This document shows, piece by piece, positions 12,600 to 24,490 of a stretch of DNA of 64,000 nt. The translations under genes and the position numbers were made by a program. The notes beneath the pieces were generated by a model. That model saw nothing but the letters and a program-made list of their open reading frames with translations, was not told the DNA's origin and did no database searches. The DNA is from Camelus dromedarius (taxonomy: Eukaryota). The DNA lies in NCBI RefSeq assembly GCF_036321535.1, contig NC_087437.1:101558001-101622000 (forward strand), in the 5' to 3' direction. Position 1 is the stretch's first letter. Each line of letters opens with the position of its first letter.

Positions 12600-13012
12600 A
12601 AGCCCACAGCTGTTGCAGTGGTTATGTGCTCATCAGTGGCTAGTTACCACATTACATTTCATCACTTTAGAGGTTGCTTCACGGATGCCCAAGGGCCACA
12701 GTTAGAGCCAAGGAGACACAATGAGATTTTGCAAGGTCTTTGAGACAGTGTTTGTCTCCTTCCAAATGTGACAGCAGAACTGAGACTAATGGAAACAGCT
12801 ACTGGGGAATCCCATGAAGAATCTGTAAGAGAAGCCAACTGAGAAAAGAAAGGAAAAAAAAAACTGAGTCCTTTCGTTGTTAATATGAAGCCTCTTGTCA
12901 CATTGAGTCTGAGGCTGATTCAATCCCTGGACTTGCCAGTCATGTTCGTCCATATATTCTGTTTTGTTTTTGTATATCTGTTTTAGGTTTTCCTAACAGT
13001 CCCAATTAATAC
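12600..13012 (+). mobile_element. Degenerate MaLR LTR (MLT1J/K/L-like)
   Basis: 'gagaagccaac', 'ctgaggctgattcaatccctggacttgccagtcatg'; ends 'cccaattaataca'. Confidence 0.5.
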
Positions 13013-13394
13013 ATTCTCACAGGAGAGAACTGTCTAGAAGAGACCTTTATAATGCCCTCAATCTCCTGACCTGCTCACTCCTCTCCCCAGGTGTACTAGT
13101 GACGTAATAGTCCAACGCAATATTTGGGTAAAGGTCACTGCTGATGTTCGGCAGAATCACTAGGTTCTGACTCTCTTTTTGTCTTTCTATCTTGGCTATT
13201 CAGACTAGTAGGAAGGTCTAGACTTCGAGGGAAAAATATGAATCTTGGCCTGAGGTAGAGGCCCCATGGTTTTCCAGCAGCTGTATCTGCAAGTAAGTGG
13301 ACAATTCAGTCTACAAAGCAGAAGGACAATGAGAAAACCCAAATTCAGCATTGAATCCAAGCTATAGTCTCTAATAGCTTTTTATTTGCAATGC

Positions 13395-13880
13395 TTTATT
13401 CATTATTCCATTATATGGTTTTTATCAACCACCATGTGTGGTTTAATACTGTGCCATGACATTATCCTAACATGAATACAGTAGTGAGAGTGCAGATAAG
13501 GTGGTGATTTTATGGAGCAGAATCAATAAAGAAAATACATAATTAATAAAATAAATAACTTCAGACATTAATAAGTGATAAGAAAAATAATAAAGTAGTT
13601 TAGTGGAATTAAAAATAAGTGGGGAGTATTTTAGAAGAGGTGGGGGAAAATCTCTGAGTTAACATTTGAACTGAGGCCTGTATGGTAAAAAAAAACAAAT
13701 TAGCAATCATACAACAATGGAGTGGAAGACTACGCCAGGCAGAGGAAATGGGGCCAAAACGCTGAGGCTGAAACACACCTGGCATGCTTGAAGAAGGGGT
13801 AGAATGTCATAGTGGCTGGAATAGCAGATAAGGGGGAGAATGATAAAGGACAAAATTACAAAAATTGATGGAGTGCAGAT
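13395..13880 (-). mobile_element. L2 LINE 3' region
   Basis: 'ttattcattattccatt' tail, 'taacatttgaactgaggcctg', 'ccaggcagaggaaa...ctgaggctgaaacacacctggcatgcttgaagaa...gtggctggaatag'. Confidence 0.8.
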
Positions 13881-14369
13881 TTTTTTAATTGACTTTCAAC
13901 TTCCACATGGATCAACTTTATCAGTCAGTAGCCCCCAGAGGAAGGAAATAATGAGAGGCATTCTGAATCGAATCGACTATAGGACTATAGGAATATTGCT
14001 TATCAGTGTGCATCAAGGGAAAAGCATTACTGGGCAGTCATTGGGGATCCCAAATAATAATGTATCCTTGGTTACATGGGCTTACAAAAATGTCACAGGT
14101 AGAGAGATGCTTACATAGAAAAGAGCATAATATTCATGATTCTTCCCCTTGTTGGAAGTAAGTATTTTGTTGCAAGCACTCCAGTCATAAAGTTGCTTTT
14201 CTGCCCAACACAGTGTAATACAACACTTTCCAAAGGTACAGTACGTCAGAAAACAAAGAAGCAGAACAGAAGATGCACCTGAACCAGGACACAGGACGCT
14301 CAGATTACTGAGCTAGAACAAAGTACAGGTGTTAACCACCATTCAACAGCTGCCTGCCAAAACAGATAG

Positions 14370-14705
14370 TCTTCCAAATTTCAAGGGTTTAACTTAATAG
14401 AAATTTAGTTCTTTCTCATGTGAAATCTAAACGGATATTCCTAATGGGCAGGAAGTGCTTCTCCAAGCAGTAATTCAGCACCCTGGATTCTTCTCATCTT
14501 TGGTTATAGTGTCTTTTCGTCCTGGTGTTAGGAACTCTGTACTGTCTACGTTAAACCAGAAGGAGAAAATCAAGGTTTATGGGAGATTTCTATGGGCCAG
14601 ATCTTGAAATGGCACACCATGCCTCAGTGCACCTTCTCTGTCCACACATAACTGAGATAGCCTGGAAATGTGACATCACTCTGTTTCCAGAAAGAGGAGG
14701 TAACA
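14370..14705 (-). mobile_element. MaLR LTR (MLT1I/J/K-like)
   Basis: 'ctccaagcagtaattcagcaccctggattctt', 'tatgggccagatcttgaaatggcacac', 'gcctggaaatgtga...ccagaaagaggagg'. Confidence 0.65.
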
Positions 14706-15658
14706 AGTATAAGGTTAAAAAAAAAAGTTGCAGTCCACCACAATCTGCTTTTATGGTCAGCAAAAATCTTTGCAAAAAGAGGCTGAAGAATGGACAAAAT
14801 TCTGCTGACTCTAATAACTATTCCTCCTCTCTCCTGTTTAACTCAAATTGACCAACCTATATCTGCTAAAACTGCTACCACTGTCTTGCATTTCCTAAAT
14901 CATGCCCCGTGTCTACAGCAGCCTAAGTCCCTCACACCTGCTAAGAATTTGAAGAGTGAGAAATTCTGGAAATAAAACTGACTATATCTGAATTTTCCTA
15001 ATTTAATCGAATTTGTAAATCTTTTAAGCTACTTACTCTCTGAAGAAGAGTCATCTTGGAATGTCTCCACATTGCAATGTTTGAATAAAAGCTTAATGAC
15101 AACTTTTCATTCATAGATCTTGTTTTTGATCCATTTCCACCTATGGCTGCACCTGTAATGGGTGATTGGGAGTCTAAGGGCCAAATGCACTTACAGATTA
15201 ATTTTGTGTAATTTTAGATATATACTTTCCTTGCTTATAGGTAGGATTTTGATTTTTGCTATAAGTTCCATATGCCAGTAATGTATCTATAATTCTTCTT
15301 AGATATAATGGCCCACCTGCTTTATTTCTTTACTCACATCTCATGGGCTTCCTTTTTAATGGCAGCTAACTTAAGGCTTTCTGTGATATTAGTTTGGAGA
15401 TAAGCACACAATTAATCTGCTCTTTATCATTGAGCTACAACTTAGTGAACCGCTCCTTCTCGAGTTCTCTCTCAGCATCATCTCTTACTGTTTGGTATCT
15501 AAAAGCATTCTTTTTTCCCCAAGATTTCACTGTTAAAAATATTTGAATGCTCTTCATGACTTTCTAATTTATGCCAGAAAACTAGCCAATTATTTCTTGA
15601 ACTCATCTCTCCCATATAACAGCTTCCTAAATAAACACAAATTTAAAATCAACACCAT

Positions 15659-16168
15659 TGTAAGAAGGAAGAATAAATCTGGCTCCAGGTTAGATCTGTT
15701 CCCTTAGCTCTAACCCTGTGCTCCGTTTCCTGTGCTTAGTCATGCTGGATCTGCACTTTTTGTAAAAGAATGTTGCCTCAGACCTGAAATATATAGGATA
15801 GCCCATTACAAGTCTTTGACCTTAAAGGGCGTAACACTTTCCATTCATATAGAGATAAAAAGTTGCAGAACAAAGAATAACATTTGTCTTGTTGGAGATT
15901 TACAGGAACATCGTGACCTGACCTACATGGGCAGCTGCAAGAAAAAAGAATTCAGACACCATAAAGTTTGCAACAATCAGTCACACACTCTCCCTTTTTA
16001 GTATAAAAGGATCCTGACTTCTGCCTTGGGGAAGATGGTTCTCTAGGACATTAGTCACCTATCTCCTTGGTCTACTGGAATAAAGTCATTATTCCTTGCC
16101 CCAACACCTCATCTCCGTATTTATTGGCCTGTCGTGCAGTGAACAGAACAAGTTTGGACACTGTAACA
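15659..16168 (+). mobile_element. ERV1-class solo LTR with intact TATA box and poly(A) signal
   Basis: TGTAAG...TGTAACA termini; flanks ccat/ctat (4-bp TSD, 1 mismatch); TATAAAA 16002-16008; AATAAA 16079-16084. Confidence 0.9.
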
Positions 16169-16344
16169 CTATCACTCTTTCATAAGCCACTTCCCTTAGA
16201 TTTAAAGGATCCAACGTCAATTTTCTTTGTGTCCTACGGCTAAACAGTGTCCCACATTTCAGGAATGTATTGGAGAATGGTTGCAGTCCTGCAATAAATT
16301 TCCATACTACATGTGTAAATGTTATACCTGAAAAGGTAAATCAT

Positions 16345-16555
16345 AAAAAAACCTCAGTGGCTCATTCCTATATAGTTCAAATGGGAATTCTTGATCAATA
16401 GTTCAGAGATCCAGGCCATGCTATTCTGTGTCAGTGCCATTGTAGGACCTCCAAGTTTATCCACATCAAATTAGAGTTAAAGAAGTTAGCAGATTACCCT
16501 GCTCGGTACTTGGGCATGAACACACGTGTCTGTAAGGGAGGTTGGGAAGTCTGGT
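16345..16555 (-). mobile_element. Degenerate MaLR LTR fragment
   Basis: 'aacctcagtggct', 'ttcagagatccaggc', 'gtaagggaggttgggaagtctggtc'. Confidence 0.4.
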
Positions 16556-16878
16556 CATATCCGTGAGTCCAAAAAATGCAAACAGGCTTTATTGAACACA
16601 AGGCATCTTCTGCCCATTGAAAAATGGGAATCTTGAGCATATACATTTTCATAGACTAAGAAATATCTGCAAATAATCTTAAATGCCTTGAAACAAAGAA
16701 GCAACACTTCAGAGCAGGCTGTTATTAGACAAGTACCATATATACACAAATTAAATGAACTTAAAATACTGGTTATAGAGTTTGGAGGGTCTAGAGACTC
16801 TTTGTTAGCCATATTTGGAGAAGTCCACAATTCAGTGAGATAAGTGGAAACATATGCTTAAGTTAACTGTAATGCAAG

Positions 16879-16909
<31 letters not shown>

Positions 16910-16914
16910 TTTTT
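16879..16914. repeat. (TA)n followed by poly(T)
   Basis: Seen directly. Confidence 0.9.
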
Positions 16915-18077
16915 GGTTATTTTCAACTAAGCCTCATGTCTAGTTTCTAAGCTAAAGAACCAGTACTACCATTGTTATAGTAAGAACATAGAAACTAGTC
17001 ACATCCTGTCTGTTACTTTCAGGATTCCTTTCCTTGTTTTACCTTTAAAATTTCTCGAAAGTGATTTATTTTTATCTGAGTGAGCAACATACATCCCAAT
17101 TATATTTAATGACACAGACAGAGGACAAGAATGGCAAATATAGTCCTCTGAGCTTGGTGAAGGACTTCACTTGCAAAAGCCCCATGAGTTGCTAAAACAT
17201 TAACATTTCCAGTCAATATATTTCAACTGTAAAAGTGCCTAAAGGGTTAGTTAGGCAGCAAAACTCTGAAAAAGCTGTAAGTGGCCACGTGGTCAGGTTT
17301 AACAATAGAAGCCAACGTGTTAGAAATAAGATTTGCTAGTATGACATTGGAAGTTGCCATAGGAAAAACTTTTTAAGCAATGAGGAAAAAATATTTCAGG
17401 TAGCACCCAACATCACATTGTTTTCCTGTTACAGAATCAAGGAGAGTTTTTGCATTAGCCCCATTAGAAATTCAGTCATGTCGTTTTTAGAAGACAGTGG
17501 TATGCTGAGAAGTGAGACATTCAAACTCTACGATCGTCTGGGTGTGCATAGTAGGAAACACAAACAAGACTATAAAGCTGTGAACATATAGGTCAGAAAC
17601 AGAACGTTGAGCATTTTAAAAAGACAAAAATTCCTGAAACTGCAACTAGTGCAGTTTGACAAGGGCTGATATGAGATACAGAGAACAGGGACGTGAAACA
17701 TGAGAGCTAACATGCACAAGGACAGATCAGTTAGAAACAGCATAAAGAAAGTAGAAGGGACACCAGATCAGACATAGGACACGCATTTCACTCCAGGAAA
17801 TGATTGGTAGAGATTACCTCCATTGCATTGTGAGGAACCCCTGTTATTATTTCTAGTGTGTTTGTATATTTCATTCATCCTTTGGTTCCTGTCATTCCTG
17901 ATACATAAAGCCTCCTTTCATTGCAAACGTGAAAAGAATCACCACATATTCTAAAGAAAATAGAAATGCCCAATTACGTTGGTTGCTAAAGTGTTGGAGC
18001 CTCAAATAGGAAGATTATGAAACACTTTAATGAAGCCTCAATGGAGCTTTCTTATTTTTCATGGTGCCATGTATTCT

Positions 18078-18220
18078 TTTAAATTGCTGTATAGGTGATT
18101 AACAATATTGTGTTAGCTTCAGGTGTACTGCAAAGTGATTCAGATATACATACATATATACATTCTTTTTCAGATTCATTTCCATTATAGATTATTACAA
18201 GATATTGACTAAAGTTCCCT
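18078..18220 (-). mobile_element. 5'-truncated L1 3' UTR insertion with 14-bp TSD
   Basis: Typical cetartiodactyl L1 3' UTR ('caaagtgattcagatatacatacatatatacattctttttcagatt...ccattatagattattacaagatattga'); TSD gtgccatgtattct at 18064-18077 and 18221-18234. Confidence 0.92.
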
Positions 18221-19363
18221 GTGCCATGTATTCTACTCTCACTTTCCCTGTGACAGAATTGCTCACAATTCTCACAACTGTTCACTCTTTTTGTTTCCTT
18301 ATTAAAAAAGAATTATTATCTCATACCACAGAGAATATTGTAACCATCGTTATTTTTTTAAATTAGTGAATACATGCCAATATTCGTATGCATATTGCAT
18401 AAAAGAGTGAAATACTGAGCTACTTTAAACCAGTATATTTTAAGTCCATGAAAGCTGTTGAATATTTTAAATTATTATGTCAAGGATCACGCCAATTAAT
18501 CAAGATGGATTTATAATTACAGCTATAAAAGACAAAAAGATAGTAAAAGAATGAGAATAATAGAAATGATTCTAAGTGCTCTCTCTTTTTTGAAGTGTAA
18601 AGTTCTCATTAGATAATTGTAGTTTTCCAAGGTCTGTTGACAATATCACTTGCCTCTATTACAGGAAACTTCCAAAATAGACATGCTTTATTTTCTTAGC
18701 AATAGTACATCATATCCATAGAAGATGTGATAGATTTATTTCCTTCTCCAAGTGGCTCCATCTCAACATGATTTAGTGTCATATAAATGTAACAGTGGTG
18801 TGCCTCTCCCTAAAACACACTCTTCCTTATCTCATTATCAATCCCTTTTCATTTCTTAAGTTTGCACTCTAAGACAAGATGATTAAGGGTAAAGTGATAT
18901 TTAGTGCTTCTTGACATCAATTGTATCACTTTCTCTGACCTTCAAATTATATATAATATTTGTCTTGAACAAAGTTACGTGGTTGCTCAATGTTGTGGAC
19001 AGAAGATTCATCTGGCGTTCTTAACATAGTCCACAGTGAAATAAGAAGTTAACTGAGCTTATATTCTTATAACCATAGGAGAAGTTTTAAAACCATAGCA
19101 GGAGCTTTCAAATAGTTGATAGAAAATCTGTGCCTAGCATAATTGATAGGGCAAGTCAAATAAAATATCCTACTGAAGAGACTATACTAATTCTGCAATA
19201 TTTTATTGCACTTTGAATATATTTTATAGCAAAAGATAAATTAAACTGGAACCAGAAGAAATAGTAGCAAAGTTTTGGAAAGCTGAAGTCAAAATGTGTT
19301 ATACATAAAATACAGGCTAAATGATTGAACATTGTCTATTAATGGCATTTATTCAACTAAAAT

Positions 19364-19845
19364 TGCCATGGAACTAAAACTTGGTTCCCCTCATCCATGC
19401 ACAGTAAAACCAAACTATTGACACTGAGTCGTGGTGAAGGAAAGTGCAATGTTTACTGTAGGGTTTCATACAAGGAGTCTCAGACAGGCAATGTTCAAAA
19501 AGTCTGAACTTCCTGTGGATTTCAGCAAAGCATCTGTAAAGGCAAGGTGAGGGAGGATCCCAGGTATGTGATCAGCTCGTGCACAATTCTCTGATTGGCT
19601 GATGGTGAGGTAACAGGGTGGTGTCACAGGGTTAACATTATCAGTCCTTGTTCTCCAATAGATCTGGAGGCTATGTACTCATGGTCATCAAGGAGTTAAT
19701 TTATTCCATTTGGTGGGGATTTTAGCATCTGTAAAACAACTCAGGAAATGTGCATCAAAGACTATTATCTAGGTACTTCAAAGAAGAGCTAAAGCAGAGA
19801 ATATAGGGGAGGCCTCTGTCCCAAGGAGGGTCCTGCTCTGTTACA
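19364..19845 (-). mobile_element. ERV1-class solo LTR (same family as 47849-48323)
   Basis: Ends 'ggtcctgctctgttaca'; flanks aaat/taat; reverse complement aligns with 47849-48323 (e.g. agccaatcagagaattgtgca); CCAAT box intact. Confidence 0.9.
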
Positions 19846-21689
19846 TAATGATATTCTTCAGCCAAGATAAATTAACAATGCCCCAAGTTACAGACAGAAT
19901 AGTAAAATGGACAATGTGTCTTGAAAATCATAAGAGTAAGTTTGCCGTGTCTCTGGGGCAAGGTCATTTAATCTCAGAAAATAGTAGTCAAGAGAGAAAT
20001 AGCCTAATTTAACAAAACAAAACAATATGGAGATGCAGATTTGAGGTTATAGTATACTTATGAGGCACAGTTTTTTTTAAATTGAGAATGTCAAATAAGA
20101 TAATTTTAGAGTTAACTATGTTTTAAGGAAAACCAGTAGTATTTCTATATGTGGAATATGGTTAATTAAAATGGAAGGGAATTATCCACTCTATACACCA
20201 AATTGTGTATAGGAATTATGGAAATTATTCTTTCTTTTACCAAAGTCAATAATATTATTTCAATGCTGACAAAATAAAAACACCTGGAAGATGTAAAATT
20301 ATTAGAATTATACACAAATATATAGAAATAATTAGAAATCTTCAAATAAAAACTGACATGGTCTTTAACATGGATATTTCAATTCTTAAATTCTATGTTA
20401 ACTCTGAATTTTGATGTACATTTTTTCTCCAGCTTTTTTGAGAAGAAAAGTCTTAAAAATATTTTTCTGCATAAATTTTGGCAAACTTTTTCTGCTCTGT
20501 AATAGCAAACATTGCTGTAGGAGTGGAATTCAGCATTAATTAGTTTCACAACTGCAGGCAGAGAAATTTCCTCAAGGAATCAATTTCCAATAGAGGAAAA
20601 CATGTTTTGCACTTGGCAAGCTACCCACAGAAATAAAATATTTAATGGCCGTCTATTATATGTAAGACATATAAATAAGCCATAACTTATTAAAGAATAT
20701 CATGCCAAGTAAATACTTATATATCAAATATAAAAATGGTAAAATTATAACAAATATTAAAATTCCATTCTTTCTCTAAAGTCTTGTTCATATCCTTTAA
20801 AATAATAGATCGTTTCCTATCAGGTTTGTGAATGGTGCCTATTTAATGTAAAAACTGTCCAAAATGAAGGACAACTGTCTCACATTGCGCTGTCAACTCA
20901 AAGGTGATTTTGTCATTCTTTTCCAAATTCCTCATTAACAATATTTGAGCCTCTTTGCTAAAATGAACAGTTTCTTGCACACACAAAGTATGTCATAATT
21001 ATCCCTTGTAAAATGTACTATGCAAAATTTAAATGGTTTTTCAGGATTTTAGTATATGAAGAGACCAAGAACACTTTACCTTTCAATTTGGGCAATAAGA
21101 ATTTATTTTAGAAATCTTTTGTATAACTTGACCACGTTAAGGTTCTGTGAAGGTATCTCGAGTTTCTGTGATTATAGTGAGTTATAGTGTGAATGAGGTA
21201 AAGTGGGAGAGGAAATAGTCTCGTGTGCTGTTCTTTCCACATTGTGTTTACTGTGTCAGCCTCGTAGGTGGTTCCACAGTCATGTTCTTGGATATTGAAA
21301 AGTACAGATGTTAATATCTACTCCCACCCAAAATACATTATATTCAGTGGGAATCTAAAAAAATATCAAGGCATCATTAGTCTGGAAGCAATTCTATACT
21401 ACATTTTGTCCAGTTAAGAAAAAAAAATATTCATGGTAAAGGATATAGTACAGAAAATGAATACTTATAAGTAACTTTTACAGCCATTTGGATTTAGTTT
21501 TTTTAAGTATTTACATAGCTGAGATAATGTTATATATAATTTATATCCATGCTACTTTACCTTATTTTTAATCAGAAGAAGCTTCCCAAAGTAATAAATT
21601 TAAATTGCTTTCAAAGAATCTATGATACCTACTCAGTCATTTTTACAGGATTAAATCTAATTTACGTAAGCATATTCCTGTGGTTGGGC

Positions 21690-21990
21690 ATTTTGTCTCT
21701 TTCCAAATTTCATACAGTAAATTTAATGGTACAGTGCATATATCTGTATATTAATCTGTGTCCACATTTTTTAGGATTTGGTAGGATTGGTTTCCCTGAA
21801 GGGTAATGACTAAATTAATTTGTTTAAATAATTTAAAAGTTCTTAATATATGTTGCCAAATCACTTCCCAGAAAATTATATTAATTTACTCCCACAGCAT
21901 TGTATGTCAGTTTATAATATCCTTATCAAGATTTGGATATTTTTACTAAAAATATAAAATTCATGCTCAGACTCTTACCATCTTACAGCT
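21690..21990 (-). mobile_element. Old L1M/L1ME fragment
   Basis: 'tatatgttgccaaatcacttcccagaaaattatattaatttactcccacagcattgtatg' resembles antisense L1 ORF2 3' end. Confidence 0.55.
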
Positions 21991-22046
21991 AATTTGAAAT
22001 GCCAGTATATTATATATCTACATTTATATCTAGATCTGTCTGTCTA

Positions 22047-22699
22047 CATCAAACCTGACTATTTGTGGATTCCATACCCATAAACTGTGGGTTTGCCTAC
22101 TAGCTAAAATTTACCTGTACTCCCTAAACCAATACTCCCTGGTACTTTTCCTGGTCATTTGTGGAGATGCACAGAGTTAAAAATTTGACTTTCCCAGTGG
22201 GCATATACTCCGTTGAGGTCAAATAAGGTGATGCTCTGCCTTCCTCATTCAGCTTTCATGCTGTGTCCTTTTTGCAGTCTATTTAGTGCCACCTATTTTA
22301 CATCTTTATGCTTTTTATTGGTGATTTTGTTGTTTAAAATGGCCCCCAGGCATAGTACTGTAATGCTGTCCATTTTTCCTAAGTACAGGAAGGCTGTGAG
22401 TGCCTTACAGAGAACAGGCTTGAGTTAGAGCAGCTGAATTCAGGCGTGAGTTATACCACTGTTGGCTGTGAGTTCAGTGTTAATGAATCAGCAACATATT
22501 TTAAATGAGGTGTCTTTAAAATAGAAACACACATAAAACAAGGTTACATACTGATCAGTTGATAAAATTATTGTGACCAGAGGATCACAGCAACCTAACC
22601 CTGCTCTTCCCCTTCAAGCAGTGGTTCAGTATTTGCTAATTCAGTGTTCATGGGAACTTTACAGAACATAAAAGGACTGCAAATAATGAGAATTGACTG
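22047..22699 (+). mobile_element. MER82 (TcMar-Tigger non-autonomous DNA transposon), near full length
   Basis: TA flanks on both sides; ends 'gcaaataatgagaattgactg'; internal 'aaaatggcccccaggcatagt...aagtacaggaaggctgtg...gtgagttcagtgttaatgaatcagcaa' is the decayed Tigger N-terminal HTH coding region. Confidence 0.92.
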
Positions 22700-22739
22700 T
22701 ATCTATTCATATATAAACCCCGTCTTCAAAAGTAAAGGA

Positions 22740-22836
22740 TATATGTCTGTATAGGCATGACGGGGATGACTGGGACATTGTGTGGTTCGCTGGAAATTAA
22801 CACATTGTAACTGACTGTACTTCAATTCTTTTTTAA
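22740..22836 (+). mobile_element. Tiny young camelid-type L1 3' end with TSD
   Basis: 'gcatga...ctgggacattgtg...ggaaattaacacattgtaactgactgtacttcaatt' matches the L1 terminus at 41400-41470; TSD aaaagtaaagga at 22728-22739 and 22837-22848. Confidence 0.88.
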
Positions 22837-23107
22837 AAAAGTAAAGGAGATATTACTTAGGGACTACAAGATAGAGAAACCTGAAAACCAGAATGGTAAG
22901 CAGATCTATTAGGAACAAAGAGATATGTGTTTAGGCAGCTGTATGATAGTAGATGGGATCTTGGGATCTGCATGGCAGAGGGCTGTAAACAAGACGCCTG
23001 CATAATACTGGAGCTCTCACATGGAAAAGACTGGCTACAATGATTCCATCCACTAGCAAGCATGGAGCATAGAGAAACCTATCTTTCAAAAGCCTGTCTG
23101 AAAATTA

Positions 23108-23108
23108 C

Positions 23109-23145
<37 letters not shown>

Positions 23146-23190
23146 TATATATGTATGTATATATATATATGTATATATCCACATATATGT
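23108..23190. repeat. Compound (TA)n(CA)n(TA/TG)n microsatellite
   Basis: Seen directly. Confidence 0.95.
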
Positions 23191-23380
23191 AATAGTAAAC
23201 TCCAAGATTCATAATTTCAGAGATGCTCTCCTTGTGGTGTTACCCCACTGTATACACAAGTATAGTCATTTGGATCTTAAATTGTCACTCTGTGCAGTAC
23301 TAGGTATGAGGAAACGGCATTACGATGTTACTCAATGTTATTATTACTATGAGTTATAAAGGTCTGACCTGATTCAAAGG

Positions 23381-23382
<2 letters not shown>

Positions 23383-23423
<41 letters not shown>
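23383..23423. repeat. (CA)~20 microsatellite
   Basis: Seen directly. Confidence 0.97.
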
Positions 23424-23425
<2 letters not shown>

Positions 23426-23589
23426 ACCATATATTGTAAGATAGTTAACACCTTGGATATTTCTCGGTTTCTGGCTGATCAGTTTCAGTTTCATAACAAG
23501 TGTGTTTCTCAGATTATGGGAAATTATTTAAAATTAGGGTTTTTTTTTTTAGTAAAAACAGACTTTAGTACTAGAAAATAGATTAAAAG

Positions 23590-24490
23590 TCATAAGATGT
23601 AGGAAAAAAATTGATTAAATTCAAAAAACATTTCTAATGAAAAAACTCTCACCAAAGTAAGAATAAACAATGAATTCTGAAATGGGTAAAATATGTACAT
23701 CAGATCCTAGAACAATCTAATTCATAATCTTGAAACATTAAAAGAATTCCCTTTAAAATAGGAATGTAATGTCTATATTCAACAATATACCATTGGCCTC
23801 ATTCAAAAGCAATAAAACTGTGAGGATTAGAAAGAAAGTAGCAAAACTGTCATTATTCATGGTTAATGAGATTCTGTACTTAGATAAGTCAATGTAAACT
23901 AAAGACAAAATGTTAGAATCAGTAAAGTTTATTAATTTTACTTCATGTAAAATCAATACACAAAAGTCAATTACATTTTCATATACCAACAGGAATTAGA
24001 AAATAAAATTTTTTTAAAAGGATCGTTTATAATGTCAACTAAAACTATAATATATCTAACAATACATGTATTTAAAGTGCATAAAACCATTCAGTGAAAA
24101 ATATGATATTTAAAGATACCTTACAAGACTACAATAATTGCAGTGACTATGTTCATGGAGAGGAGAAAATAATTATCCCCAAAATAATTTATAAAATTTA
24201 TAAGATTTCAGGTAATGTTCAACCAGGTGAAAATTGCCAAGTTAATTATAAAACTCATATGGAAAAGCAAAGGTCTAGAAATGGCCAAGGATATTTTGAG
24301 TTAGAAAAATTGGGTGGGAGAATTGATCTACTTGCAGATCACTAATAAAATTCTAGTAAGTAAAAATGTGTGATAATAGTGCAAAATAAACAATAGGTCT
24401 GGTATAATCGAAACTATAGCCCAGAGACTTAAGTATGAAAATGAGATATATGACAGAGGTGATATTGCAGAGTAGTGAGAGATAAGTATA
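23590..24490 (+). mobile_element. Old L1M(E) ORF2 (RT and downstream) remnant
   Basis: Decayed L1 ORF2 motifs: 'aaaactgtcattattc', 'aaaatcaatacacaaaagtcaattacattttcatataccaac', 'aaaactcatatggaaaagcaaaggtctagaaatggccaag'. Confidence 0.8.

Noticed and set aside
22213..22520. Tigger/CENP-B-like HTH coding sequence (possible domesticated gene)
   Set aside because: Standard MER82 internal remnant, frameshifted and stopped, with no DDE domain.
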